Source: Lama guanicoe | Lineage: Eukaryota | DNA length: 64,000 bases | Reading direction: 5' to 3' | Assembly: GCA_013239625.1 (NCBI GenBank) | Contig: MU053487.1 | Coordinates: 1,259,058 to 1,323,057 of the forward strand | In this document: in pieces, positions 25,186-37,343 of the stretch | Position numbering within the stretch: the stretch's first letter is position 1 | Layout of the letters: every line of letters starts with the position of its first letter | Translations under genes and position numbers: made by a program | The notes under the pieces: generated by a model | Told to the model about the DNA's origin: nothing | The model's input: only the letters and a program-made list of their open reading frames with translations | Databases searched by the model: none

Positions 25186-26094
25186 TCAGATGTCCAAAAT
25201 AACTTAGCTTCCAGTAAATACAGAATTAAGTGAAACATAAATCAAAAATGTGTGGCTAAATTCTTTTCCAACTCAGTCTAGGTTTAAAACATATTTGTAA
25301 AAAAAAATTTTGATTAATCCAATTTCTATGTAAGAAAAGAAATTGACTGCATTGAAGAAAATAAATAGAGGCCATAAAGATCAAATAAAATGCCTATTCC
25401 TCCAAGTCCTAGGAATAATAAAAAAAATCTTTTAAATAAAAAACAGCAATAAAGGTGTTTTATTATTTTAATTCATGTTTTTATTAATGATTTTGAACTT
25501 GTTTGTTGGCTACTCATATCGTTTTTAAACATTTCCTGTTTATAATCCTCATCATTCTTCCGTCTTTACTTTCTACTTCTCAAATTCCAGTTCAAGAGCT
25601 TTTAAAAACGCATTTAGAATACTTCTTGTTTTCTATTTTCTGTATTGTTTACCTGGGCTTTATTTGTCACGCGAATGTATTTAGGTTGTTTCTGAATCAC
25701 TCAACACTTTCAAGCATTTTAGAGGCCTGTTTACCAGTGTATTGCTTAATGTCGTCAGCTTCAATACCCTGCTAGCGAATCCTTAGTGAACTCGACAGCT
25801 AGCTCTTAAGCTCCCTCTCCTGAGTCCCGTCTTCTCCCTCATGTCATCAGTGTCCATGTGGACAGTTCCTGTGTTTTCATCTTTCGCCATCCATCCCAAC
25901 AAGCATACCCTCATCCTTATTCTCCCTTACGAGGTGATTCTCTCGGAGTTACGTCCTGATGAAAGAAAATTTCCCCTTCACAACCTCTGAGTTTCATTTG
26001 CTCATTTCCGGATGATGGGTCTCCATATTCAGGGATGCAGAGATCACTGACCCTCCTGTTTTTGACTTTCATTTTTTAACTTTTAAAGTCTACC

Positions 26095-26479
26095 TGTATG
26101 AGTTTGCTAGGGCTTTTATAACAAAGTACCAAAGTCTGAGTGGCTTAAACAACAGAAATTTATCTCTCACAGGTCTGGAGGCTGGGACACTGAGATCAGA
26201 GTGGTGGCAGTGTTGGTTTCTTCTGAGCCTCTCTCCTTGGCTTGTAGTTCGTTATCTTCTTCCTGTGTTTTTGCATGGCCTTTGCTCTCTATGTATCTGT
26301 GTCCAAATTTTCTCTTCTTACAAAACCAAGAGTCATATTAGGGCCCTCCCTAAGGACATCATTTTAACTCAATCACTTCCTTAAAGATCCCGTCTTCAAA
26401 TATAGTCATCACATTCTGAGGCCCTGTGGCTTAGGACTTCAACATATAAAATTGGAGGGGTACAATTCATCCCATAATA
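26095..26479 (-). mobile_element. Complete MaLR solo LTR (MLT1A/B-like) with 5-bp TSD
   Basis: TGTATGAGTTTGCTAGGGCT...GGCTTAAACAACAGAAATTTAT...CAATTCATCCCATAATA flanked by CTACC at 26090-26094 and 26480-26484. Confidence 0.9.
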
Positions 26480-26984
26480 CTACCATACCTTTCACTAACG
26501 AGCACACAGCTAATGGTTTGTCAGTTTGCTATTTTTCCCCCAATATCTGCGCATCTTGCTCCATTGCTTCACGATTATAAAGACCTGGAAAAATCCTAAC
26601 TCTGGATGAATACAACTTTCTACCTTTTGCTGGACTACACCCAAGTGTCTCAGTGACTTGGGGAGAATTTTGACAAGGACACAAGTTAGTACCATAATGA
26701 AATATCAGATTAGAATCCTTGTAGCCTTCTCCTGTGGCACTTAAAAACTTTCCAACTTGCTGTGTTCTATACCAATTCTCTCCTCATTTCGTCCTGTTAC
26801 CCTAGAATAATTTACTTCTTTCATTGTAAAGCTAATTGTTTTGTTTTCTTGATTCTAAACCTCACCAGCAGTCTCACTCTTATTTTTATATTCAGATTCA
26901 ACTTTTATCTGTGTAATACCCATTTTAATCAGGGATCTCATACATAAACATGCTTAAGCCCCTTTTATATTAAAAATACATGTC

Positions 26985-27700
26985 GATATTTAACAAAGAT
27001 ATTTAGTACTATGTGCCAAGCACTCTTTTCAAACATGACAATGCACCAGTGTGCAAGACACCACTACCACATGGTTTATATTCCAGGGGGAGGAAACAAT
27101 TACTTTAAAAGTCACATATACCAAAATGTATAAGAAGGTGTTGATTAGGAATGGAGATATTGGAGATGTGGATAAGGGAACTGCCACTATATAGACCAGT
27201 GCCGTTCGAAGTGTATTTCTTGGCTAGTATCAGTGTGTGAACTGTTACTGGAAGGTAACCCAAGAAGTGTCAAAGCTGAGACACTGCTTGAAATTGTGTT
27301 GTTGAATGCTATCCGGATCACATGGTAGTCACGCATGGTGCTTGTGTTACAGAAGTATCAGTTTGTGATAGTTTCAGGGCGGGGGAACACTTTATCACTG
27401 TTAAAGAAGAGATCTAAAGAAGACTTAAAGAAGCACTGATATAGAAGGTATTTAACTCCAAGGGGCTTTGTGTGATCTTCCAGTGATTAATTGTAGATAG
27501 AAAAAGGAAAAGAACCAAAATGGAGCCTCGAGGCGCTCCAAGTTGTAGAGATTAGGTTGAGGAGGGTGGACCAGATAGAAATTGGAAAGGAACGATTTGT
27601 GAAATAAGAGGGTAATGAAGAGAAGACAGAGTTTCCAAGAGGGGGAGGGTGTGATCATCCGAGTCAAAAGCAGTTGGAGGGGCTGAGTAAGAGGAAGACT
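26985..27700 (-). mobile_element. L2 fragment split by a DNA transposon
   Basis: AACAAAGATATTTAGTACTATGTGCCAAGCAC (reverse L2 3' end); L2-like purine-rich text resumes after 27446. Confidence 0.6.
27197..27438. mobile_element. Non-autonomous hAT-Charlie MITE
   Basis: Imperfect TIRs CAGTGCCGTTCGAAGTGT / AGACTTAAAGAAGCACTG; 8-bp TSD ATATAGAC (27189-27196) / ATATAGAA (27439-27446). Confidence 0.75.
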
Positions 27701-29679
27701 AACACAAAGCCTCCTCGACTTCTAATGTCTGTACCCATATACCTAAGTTTATGTCCATGTCCGTTTCTGTATTTATAGCTACAGCGACACCTGGTTCTAT
27801 CACCATCCATGTCATCTATATCCACCTTATCTTGGATTTTTAAAATTTAGTTTAATTTTATTTAAAAAATATATTTTATCATTTTATTTATTGAACTAAA
27901 AATATAAGCTTTAATATAACTGTATCATATATATATTTATATATTTTCCTTCTGTTTTTCAATTGACTATCCAGGGCATTCAAGTCAATGTTTTGTGGGT
28001 CTCAGTTTCCCTTTTTAAAAAATAATTACACTTCTAATTTATTTTTCTGAAGTGAGAGTGAGAAATCTTGGGTTTTTTTCTAAGTTTAGTAGGTTTTTTT
28101 TTTACATTTTAGTGATTATATATGATCTTGGTTAACAGTTTGAAATATATAGAAAGGTAGTATTTGATCTTTATTATAATAATACACAATGTGTATATGT
28201 GTGTGTGCGCGTATATTTAGTTGCCCAATTTCTTACATCTATTGGAAAGACTTTTTTGTTATTTACTTGAAGAGTTACGTTAATAGATTTCTTAATGTTT
28301 GTCCACTCAAACATTCTTGAAATTCCTTTTATATGCTCAAGCTATATTTTACCTTAATATACTTTTAGTCTATTTACCACTCTCTTTTTATTTTTAAATG
28401 TGTATTTAGAATGCATTCTTCTTTATCTAGGCAAAAATACAGGTTATACTCTTAAACTTTCTCAAAGAATTCCTCCTAAACAATTACTATTCACAGTTTT
28501 ATGATTCCAATTTAAGCAATAGCACAAAGCATCCCAGCACTTATTAGAGAATTAATCGATGAATTAACTGCAATTTTGACCTTTTTAAAGGCTCACTTGA
28601 GATAATTGAAAGGAAAACAAATCTAAGGCAGATATATTATCTATCATTGTTGGTTCTTTCAGCTCAATCGTCGTATTGTATTAGGTTATTAGAAACCAAC
28701 AGACATTAACTTTGTTCTCTTGGCTTCCTGAAGAGTTAGTGGCAATCTTGTCACCATTTTGATGTAAGAACTGTACAATTGATGTGAATTATTTTTAATA
28801 TAAAAGTGGTTTAAAATAAGAAACACCCTTTTGGAGAATATATATGAATTTTTAAAAATTGTGACTGAAAATATTTTACAATTTACATTTTATTGAAAAA
28901 CATGTAAGTACCCACGTATCTGGTTTTTACAGAGCTGAGCATGATGGAAAATTTTGATTCTTGAGATAGGCTTCAAATTTTTTTATCATTTATTTCAAGA
29001 GTTATTTTAAAATTTAAGGCAAAATAGATATTCTTTCTTTATTTGTGAAATACTCAGAATCTTTATCCAATGTCAAGTTCAATAATTAAATTTTTCCAAG
29101 TGTTCGCTGATGCCTGTTTTACAATTTTACTGTCTTATATGGAATTATTATATATACCTGTTTCAACCCACTTTTGAAAATAAATGAAAATACCCCCAGC
29201 CATATGGATTAGTGACATATGCATTTAGTTACTACCAATTAACGGAATATCCAATACTCAATAAACAGTCATCATGTACCTATAATATGAAGAGCTACTG
29301 TCTATTTCATGATGTTTGCAATATTATGGAAGCCCCATCTGTAGGTAAACTGTGACTATGTCTTGTCCTTGAGGAACTTCAAATTATAATAGGACAAATG
29401 TAATTCAGTGTCAAGTTGCATGGTATGATCTCTGAGTACCGAAGTATTCTGAAGAAAGGAGAGATGAGTGAGGTCTGGCTTTGTCAGGGAAACTTCTGCA
29501 GAGCAAAGAAGAATTTAGGTTGGCCTTGAAGAAAATATAATAGAATTGAGAAGCGCAGAAGATACCCTTAGTGGCTGAAGTCACATAAGGAAAACAAAGT
29601 CTGTGTATTGTTTGTTGGACACTGTAGACATGAAAGTGAATATTTATATCTGAGTAGCTTTCTAGTGAGCTGAGGAACT

Positions 29680-31890
29680 AGCTCTTCCTCCTAATGCTGC
29701 CTGTGACAGACTGCACACTGTGCTGTTCCAGTTCAACAAATGAGTTCTGTAAAAAAAAAAATGACTGTATGTCAGAGATCTTCATCGGGCCATTTTTGTG
29801 TACTGCAGAATTCAAAATGTAAACCAACTTAGGTTTTGGTGAAAAGCACCTTTTTTTACTTTCTTCAAACTTGAGCATTAATTTCAAAGGGCTAGATTCC
29901 TCAGATAATAAATGTTTTTTTCCTGCTGCCAAATTTTTAGCATTCAATGGAAAATGAGTTCCATGACCTCTTTGAGTGTCCATTTAAGTATGAAGTCATA
30001 GGAAGCTCTAGAAATTTAATCTAGGAAAGGGCATGGTCCAGAGAAGGAGAGGGAACCAGTATCAGCTGAGTCTGCATGGCTCCCGGCTGAGCTTCTGAGT
30101 GTATTCAGTTTTGCTTCTAACTGCACTTTTCTGCTTTCACGACAATGTGTGTCCTTCCCCTATTGTCCCATTCTCCATGACAAATACCAGATAGCATAGG
30201 ATCATTTAGAAGGAAGAATAAGTCTTTTGTTTCATAACCAAACACTAATCTGCAAATTACAGCATCTGTTTCCTGTGTTGGTTCCATTATGGACTCATAA
30301 TGGACTATCATTATCACATCAGCGAAACTAAGGTGCCTTTAGGAGGATAGACTATTATGTTACAATTAAGTAAGTCCAGTGGACTCATTGGTACTTCCAC
30401 AAAATTATACTCAAATGTTTGATTATGAAAATCATTGAAGGGGTGACTATAATTAAAATATCTCTCTGTCTCTAGCAAGGAGAAATGCCTCAAAAAGCAT
30501 TATGTTTTTCATATATATTATATATTATATTTATATATTTATTTGTTTTTTGTTTTCTATTTTTTAAATTTGTTTTTAAATTTTTTTCTCTATTATATTT
30601 ATATATTTCTATGTAAATACATAAACTTCTATTTTTATAATTCAAAAAGTGTTCTTTTCTCAAGTTGGAAGCAAACAATTTTGAATGCTTACTATGCCTC
30701 AAGCATTTGTAAACTGAAAATACAAAAAAAATTAGAAACAGTACTTCTCCTGAAGGAGAGGCACTTGTACTGATGACAGATAAAGGAACATTTACCATTC
30801 AGGCTACGTACCTGGTTAGAAGTAGGCACAGGATCTTGCCGGATTCCACGGAATCTAGAGGTTGGAAAGTAGAGGTTAGGGAAGACTTTCTAGAGAGAGC
30901 AATGACTAGACTTAGTATTTGCTGTGTAAAGATTTAATCAGATAGAAATACATACAGTGATCTTGGGGGTGGGTGTAGCTCGTGGTAGAGTGCATGGTTA
31001 GCGTGCATGAGGTCCTGGGCTCCATCCCCAGTATCCCTATTACAAAAAAAGAATAGGCATGTCCCAGCTTTCGGGGGAGGGGGGTGTGGGGACATGTATA
31101 GTGATAATGTGTGCTGGTCAAGAATGTAGACGCTAATATTTTTCAGGCAGAAAAAGTCAGCCTGTCAAAGTTACATGAAAAAGTCATGGGCTAAGTGTAG
31201 AATGTCAGTGTCATCTGAACAGAGGCCATGAAATAACCAGACAGGTGAGCTTGTGAAGACAAGTAGGTTTCAGTCTGAGAGACTCTGTTTTGTATGCAGT
31301 GGAAGCCAGTGGAGGATTTTAAGCAGAAACATAGCAAAATCAGATCTGTTTTGAAAAACAGATTCTTGGCCCTTTTAGAGCAGAATCTCTTCTCACTAAT
31401 CATTCAAAATTGATGATTGAGTCCCTAATTACAGCGGGTCTCCTCAGCGGAATGTTATCTCTCCTAGTGGTTTAACAAAAACCTTTCGGATATTCTGAAT
31501 TATTTTTTCTTTAACATTACCATGATTTCGGCTACTTTGCTGTGTTTTTATGCCTTCAAACACCTGCCTCTTGCTGTGTTTTCAACCAGATATATGAAAA
31601 CAGTGGAATTTACACTAGACGAATATTTCTGAACTTGAGGTAAAATACTCACCGGGCTTTCAAACTGAGTGCTTCCACATAATCGCCTAGAATTTACGAT
31701 TGAAAGGAAAAATCCAGCCATTTCTTCTGAAATCTGTGAAGAGGCACACTTAATCAGATCTCCCTAGTACCTGCGCTTTTGAAAATGTGATATTTCAGGC
31801 TCATACTTTACAATTTGACAGTTTACAAATTACCTTCCAGTAAGAAAGGAAGAGGCTGGATTCCTCTGCCCTAGCACGCTCTGTGTGTGC
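29680..31890 (-). ncRNA. Hypothetical spliced transcript (candidate exons ~31888-31834, 31686-31653, 30854-30812, 29746-?)
   Basis: Consecutive minus-strand canonical splice sites: GAAG|GTAATT; TTCTAG|..CCG|GTGAGT; CCTCTAG|..CAG|GTACGT; T-tract-ACAG|; no expression data. Confidence 0.25.
30964..31050 (+). mobile_element. tRNA-Ala-derived SINE (camelid Vic-1-like)
   Basis: GGGGGTGGGTGTAGCTCGTGGTAGAGTGCATGGTTAGCGTGCATGAGGTCCTGGGCTCCATCCCCAGTA plus A tail; Pol III A- and B-box-like motifs. Confidence 0.85.
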
Positions 31891-31913
31891 TTCATGTAAA
31901 ATAGCTGGAATTG

Positions 31914-31921
31914 CTTATATA
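31914..31921 (-). promoter_or_regulatory. Candidate TATA box TATATAAG
   Basis: About 30 nt upstream of a CA initiator-like position (~31888) and ~85 nt upstream of a GAAG|GTAATT donor on the minus strand. Confidence 0.3.
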
Positions 31922-32419
31922 ATGAGACAGCTTAGAGATTTCTGTGATGCTTTATGATTTTACAGAAAGAGTCACAACAAACATCCAAAAGAATTATTCT
32001 TATTCACCCCATTTTGCCAGTTATATCAGTTACGTTTTCACAATACAAAATGTGGATATGCTTTTCTTGGTCAGAGTTAGGAGTCTTCTTCCCGGACACA
32101 GTTACTGGGTCGTATTTTTTCCTGTTAAAACCTTTATTCAGTTGTCTAGCATCTTTGAGATCCATCGCCTTCTATTTCACTCTCTCCTCCATTGGTCTGA
32201 TCACAAACCCCGCCTCAGATTATACTTAAGAATAATTTCCCCCTTAAGGACATGAGGATGGTCTTGCACTGTGTGCTCTGAGCTGTTTGGAGATAGGAGC
32301 TCTTACTGTTTTGTTTTTGGTTTATTGTATACAGAAACCGATACTTAAAACTGTAACGTTTTTCTAAGTTAGCAGCTAAAGTCATAGCGTGCATCTTCTG
32401 CTCTAAACCCTTGGTATAT

Positions 32420-32590
32420 ATTAATGTGTGCAATCCTCGCAATGGCCTTGGGGGGGTGCTACTACAGTTAGCTTCAGTGTAGAGCAGAAAACAGGAGTGC
32501 ACAAATGTAAGTAACTTGCTCAAGTTCACCTGGAGATGAGTGGAGAAACTCGGACAGCTGACTCTATAGTCTGCGCTCTTAACCACTGTT
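32420..32590 (-). mobile_element. MIR SINE
   Basis: TAAGTAACTTGCTCAAGTTCAC...GACTCTATAGTCTGCGCTCTTAACCACT. Confidence 0.75.
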
Positions 32591-33169
32591 GGAATACTGA
32601 AAAACGAACCTGTTGTCACCTCTGTACTCTCAGATATGCCATCCATCTCTCTAAACCGTGTATATTCACATATATGTGATTATGGTGACTTGTTCCTCAT
32701 TTTATTAATAAGGAACCTAAGATCGTTCCAGTTGTGTGGGTCAGAGTCCCACATTTGTAGTTAACAGGGGGTAAATGTAGAACGTCAGTGCCATCTGGAC
32801 AATAATGTCTCTTCGAGTTCCACATCTGCCAGATATTGCTACCTGACCTCTGAGAATGTATTGAGTTAAAAGCAAACAAACACAAAATATCGCTGTGTGT
32901 TCCAATATGCTTTCCAACAAAATCCCTGGTAAATCCATGCCTACTCTAAGGTATGCATTGACTAGAAGTTAAAAGATAAATATTGGCAATGAATGTGGTT
33001 TCCATTTCTCTACACTTTTCCCCAAAAGTAATATATATGCAAGCTCTTTACTCAAGTTTCCCCATAGAATTTTTGCTCTACATACAAGTGGAACTTTTTC
33101 TTCAGTGTTCCCAGATCTAGGAAATTAGATTATTTATTTTTCCCTTTCAGCGGGTGAAATAAATTCATC

Positions 33170-34270
33170 CTTTCAGTGCTTATTCCTTGAAGACATTCTT
33201 CGTGCCTGGTACCTTCTTAGCTGCTGGGGAGTACAATAATGGAAAAAGTTAGACAAAAGTCCTTTTGTCACTGAAGCGTATATGCTGAAAGGGGAGGAGG
33301 TGACAGATAGTAAACAAGTAAGACACATGATAGACCATGTCGTGATAAGTGCTGAGGAGAAGAATGAAAATGAGAAAGAGGATGAGGATAGAGAGTGATG
33401 CAGGGTGCAATTTTGAATATGTTGGTTAGTATATATATCACTCAGAAGGTGACTTTAAGCAAAGACCTGGAGGAAGTCAAGAAGGGAGATGTTGAGGTGT
33501 CTGGAGGAAGAGCACCTCAGGCGGAGGGGACAGGACGTTTGGGAGGAGCAGAATGACCAAGGGCAAGAGTAAGAGTGAATAAAACAGGACCCTGTTGGAG
33601 GGTTCAGAGTAACTCCATGTCGGGGGTGTGGGGCAGAAGAAAGGTGAGCAGCTGCAACAAGACCTAGCGGCGTTGACAAGTGCTGCTTAATGAGTGCGTG
33701 GGACTTCATCGTACTCGTTTCACTTCTTTGGACTGTGCTTCTTAAGTTTTCCGTGATGAAATATTTGTTAAAAACAAAAGGAACAGAATATGCTATCTGT
33801 TTTTGTCTCCACAATCTCCATTCAAATTTTTTCACTGGAGAAGATTTTTCCTTTGCTCCTACATGAAAGTTTAGCTTCAAAACTTATCTGCTCACTCTTG
33901 GCTTTTAAAAAAAAAATCGTCTATTCAAATATGATCTCAGGTTAGAGGGAAGAATGTCCTTCTTGGCAAAAAATAAAAAGTGATATGACAAGTTTTGAAA
34001 GAGTCTTTCTGACTGTGAATTGAACATGCTATGATGGGACAAGAAGGCAGTAGGACAGTGTTTTAGACGAAGCTGCTGCAGAGTCCAGGTGAGAGACGCT
34101 GGTGGCCTGGGCCAGGGGGTAGCAGTGGAGGTGGTGACAATGGATTTATTCTGGATCTACTTGATGCAGAGAATAGACAGTATTTGATGGCTAGTGTATG
34201 TTACATTACAGAATCAGAGGGGTAAGGAAGATGTGATGTTTTTGGCTTTCATAAGTAAAAGAAAGGGGAA
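33170..34270 (-). mobile_element. L2 LINE in two pieces (33170-33575 and ~34030-34270)
   Basis: CTCAGAAGGTGACTTTAAGCAAAGACCTGGAGGAAG and GTCCAGGTGAGAGACGCTGGTGGCCTGGGCCAGGGGGTAGCAGTGGAGGTGGTGA are characteristic reverse L2. Confidence 0.75.
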
Positions 34271-36769
34271 TTGAATAGAATATCATGTTTATTAAGGATT
34301 AGAAATTAACAAGTAAATGGGCCCTTTGATGAATAAAGGAGCCAGCTGGACTCAAGTTAAAACACAAAGAAAAGCCTAGAATAACAAATAGTTTTCTAGA
34401 AGATAACATAGAAATTACATGTTGATTAAGACAGGTATTATCTGGCTTTCTATTCATGATAGTAGAGACATTTTAAGGTTAATTAGAAAATTACTGTAGG
34501 TTTTTGGGGGCCCTTTTTGCCAGTATACATTCTGTCCACCAACATTCAGAATTTTTCCTTTTTTTAAAAAAACTCAGCCTATATACCAACTGAAAACATT
34601 GTGGTCTAATTTTTCAACAAGACAAAAACTGTTTCTATAATTTTAAACAGATTGGAGCTGAGGTGAGGAGTTAACTTGGTATGAACGTTTTTCTCTCAAA
34701 GAGTGATAGTTCAGTGCATACATAAAGCCTTTTATTTAATTCTTGGAGATTTCACAAGACACATGTGGAATTAAATCCCTTTGGAAATAGGAATTTGTAT
34801 GGAAATAGGAACAATTAATGTTTACTTTTACACCCACAAAACACATGCATGAAATCACCATTAATACTTTGTACACACAGAATATAAAACTATTTGCAAT
34901 AAAATTTCCTATTTACTTTCCAAGGTCATCTTGTCAATAACATTCTTGAGCGGACAATGAAGTTATTATCATCACCCTTTTATATAGTTGAAAACTAAAG
35001 TTCTAATAAAGGGACTTCTTTCCAAGGTCACCAAATAAAGAGTTGCTGAGACAAGATTTGAACTCTGATGGTTTAAGTGCTAATTTATTCCCAACACAAT
35101 CACACGTCTTACCAATTTATAAAGTATATACCCTCTAATTCTTTTTATTACCATGTCATGAATTTATTCCTCTCTTTTCTTAGTGCAAATATTAAAAGCC
35201 TGTCTGGAGAGCTCATTCTGTTGGTTTTATTTGCTCCAGTGGCCACACTTGGACCAGTGGATTTTCATCCAGGATTTGAAGTTTGTGGCATTCAAAGCAC
35301 TTAATTTTTTATTGTCCCAAAGATACATTTTCCCATACCTGCTATCAAAACCTCATATACTAACCCTTCAAATTCAGATTCTTCATATTCTGCAGGATTT
35401 TGTCTATTTTGACAATTTAATTGTAAATGATCAATACCCTGTAGGTTACAAATGGTAATAAAGAATTTGTAATTCTATGTTCATCACATCGTAGAACCAT
35501 TAAATGTCAATTAACTCTTATGTTTACAGACAAATAAATATTTTTTTCCCTGATTGCTTCCTCAAGTTTAGTTCAGCTTCATGATTCACTGTCTTATGGT
35601 CTCCTCTTGCTTTCTTCTTTCTTTGGTTATTCCTGTGGGAAGTCCAGCATGCTCTGCAAATATGCCATTGAGACTATAATCTACTTATCTTGTTTCTGCC
35701 TTCAGACAAATCCTCATGGGAGCCGACACTCAGCACACTGACTATAGAGATGTCATCCACATCCAGTGACTTACCAAGGTTGAAAAAAATCCATGCATAC
35801 ATTCATGCAATAAGCATCATCTTATTAATAAACTTCTGTTACAAGGACCATTCAAGATTTTTCTTGAAAGAGAAGTAGAATTTCTTGGCAGGAGAACATC
35901 GTTCTGTTTATGAAAAGGAAAGAGGCACTGCACTGGAGAGGGGTGGGTCACAGAATTGTGTACTCGAACATGTTGGGGGGCCAATGCTCAGCATCACTGA
36001 GAAGGCACTGTGAGCCATTCTGGCAAGCTTCTACAAGCTTCTACCCTTGGGTAACGAACACAGAATTCTCTTCCTTTCTTTCCTGAAGTTTGTCACTGAG
36101 ATATTTTTAGCTTAACAAGACTGAGTGACTCTGCCCTCTGAACGAGTGGCTCACAGTCTACACCGTGGAAAAGGCTATTTATTATTGATATCCCTATGCA
36201 TATTCTATGGGATATAAAACACTCTGAATTTTCTCCTGGTGCCTTTGGCACAATGGAGAAGAAAACTTTTTAAAAGGAAAACATTGCCTCATCTATAATA
36301 AATTAATGACAACTCAATATGTGGTTTATACAAGTAACTAAATGCATTCATTCTGGCTGTTTTCGAAGGGATTTTAGGCTGTATGCAAATACAGTGCTCC
36401 AAAAAATTTCAATTTGGGGATTAGCATTTTGATGCTTTCTCTCCCTCGGGCTATGCTTGCCCTACCTAAAGTGTTTATATTCTTTCTGTAATTCCGTGTG
36501 TGGACAGGAAATGATTAACTCTCATTTGTCAAGTGTTTTATAATTTACAGTTTTGCTTTTTGTTGTTTATATCCATCTTCTCTAATGTCATAAGACTGGT
36601 TATTATTGGTCTGTGCTTCAGAAGAGAAAGCTGAATCTTGGAAGAGTTGTGGTCAGGTCCTGCCATGCACTGTCTTGCTCAGAATTGAAGACTTCATGAA
36701 TATTGCAGCCCCTTTGGCATTTTTTTTTTAGATGCTAACTTTTATCTGTGTATTTCCTCCCTGCACAAT

Positions 36770-37120
36770 CTTTTTTTTTTCAAATAATTGCTTTATTGAG
36801 GTAATTCACATATAATACAATTTACCTTCTTAAAATGTACAAGTCAATGGATTTTTTTTGTATCCACAGTTGGGCAACCATTACCACAGTCAATATTAGA
36901 ATATTGTCATCAGCCCCAAAAGAAACTCTGCATCTGTTAGCTGTAAATCCCTATATCCTCCCAACTTCTAGACAACTATCAATCTGCTTTCTATCTCCAT
37001 AGATTTGCCTGTTCTAAACATAAAATGAAATCATTTTATATGGTCCTTGTGACTGGCTTCTTTCACTTAGCATATTTTCAAGGTTCATCCGTGCTATAGC
37101 ATGTATCAGTTCTTCATAAG
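36770..37120 (-). mobile_element. L1MB-like 3' end
   Basis: T-tract then GCTTTATTGAGGTAATTCACATATAATACAATT...CAAGGTTCATCCGTGCTATAGCATGTATCAGT. Confidence 0.85.
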
Positions 37121-37264
37121 AAAATCTTTGGTTGTTTAAGTCTTCAAGAATAATTGAAAACAGGATGGTGTGATGAAAAATGAAGTCACAAAGTAGTCCG
37201 ATAATGTTGTTTCAAAATACATTAATTAATTACATGAATTTGACATAATGTAGATTGAAAATTT

Positions 37265-37343
37265 CTTTTTTTTTTATAATGTAGGTGGTCAGGATGGAAC
37301 CCAGGACCTTGTACATGCTTGACATAAGCTATACCTTTCCCCT
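37265..37343 (-). mobile_element. Vic-1-like SINE, internally deleted
   Basis: T-tract then GGATGGAACCCAGGACCTTGTACATGCT...AGCTATACCTTTCCCC. Confidence 0.7.

Noticed and set aside
30964..31040. Apparent tRNA-Ala gene
   Set aside because: Diverged stems, an A tail and two further dispersed copies (one with a TSD) indicate a SINE
32215..32646. 143-aa minus-strand ORF, the longest in the track
   Set aside because: Runs through a MIR, low-information sequence, no recognisable homology
33455..33880. 141-aa minus-strand ORF
   Set aside because: Non-ATG start, C-terminal part lies in L2, no recognisable domain
35893..35905. AGAACATCGTTCT resembling a GRE/ARE
   Set aside because: Half-site spacing does not match the required 3-bp spacer
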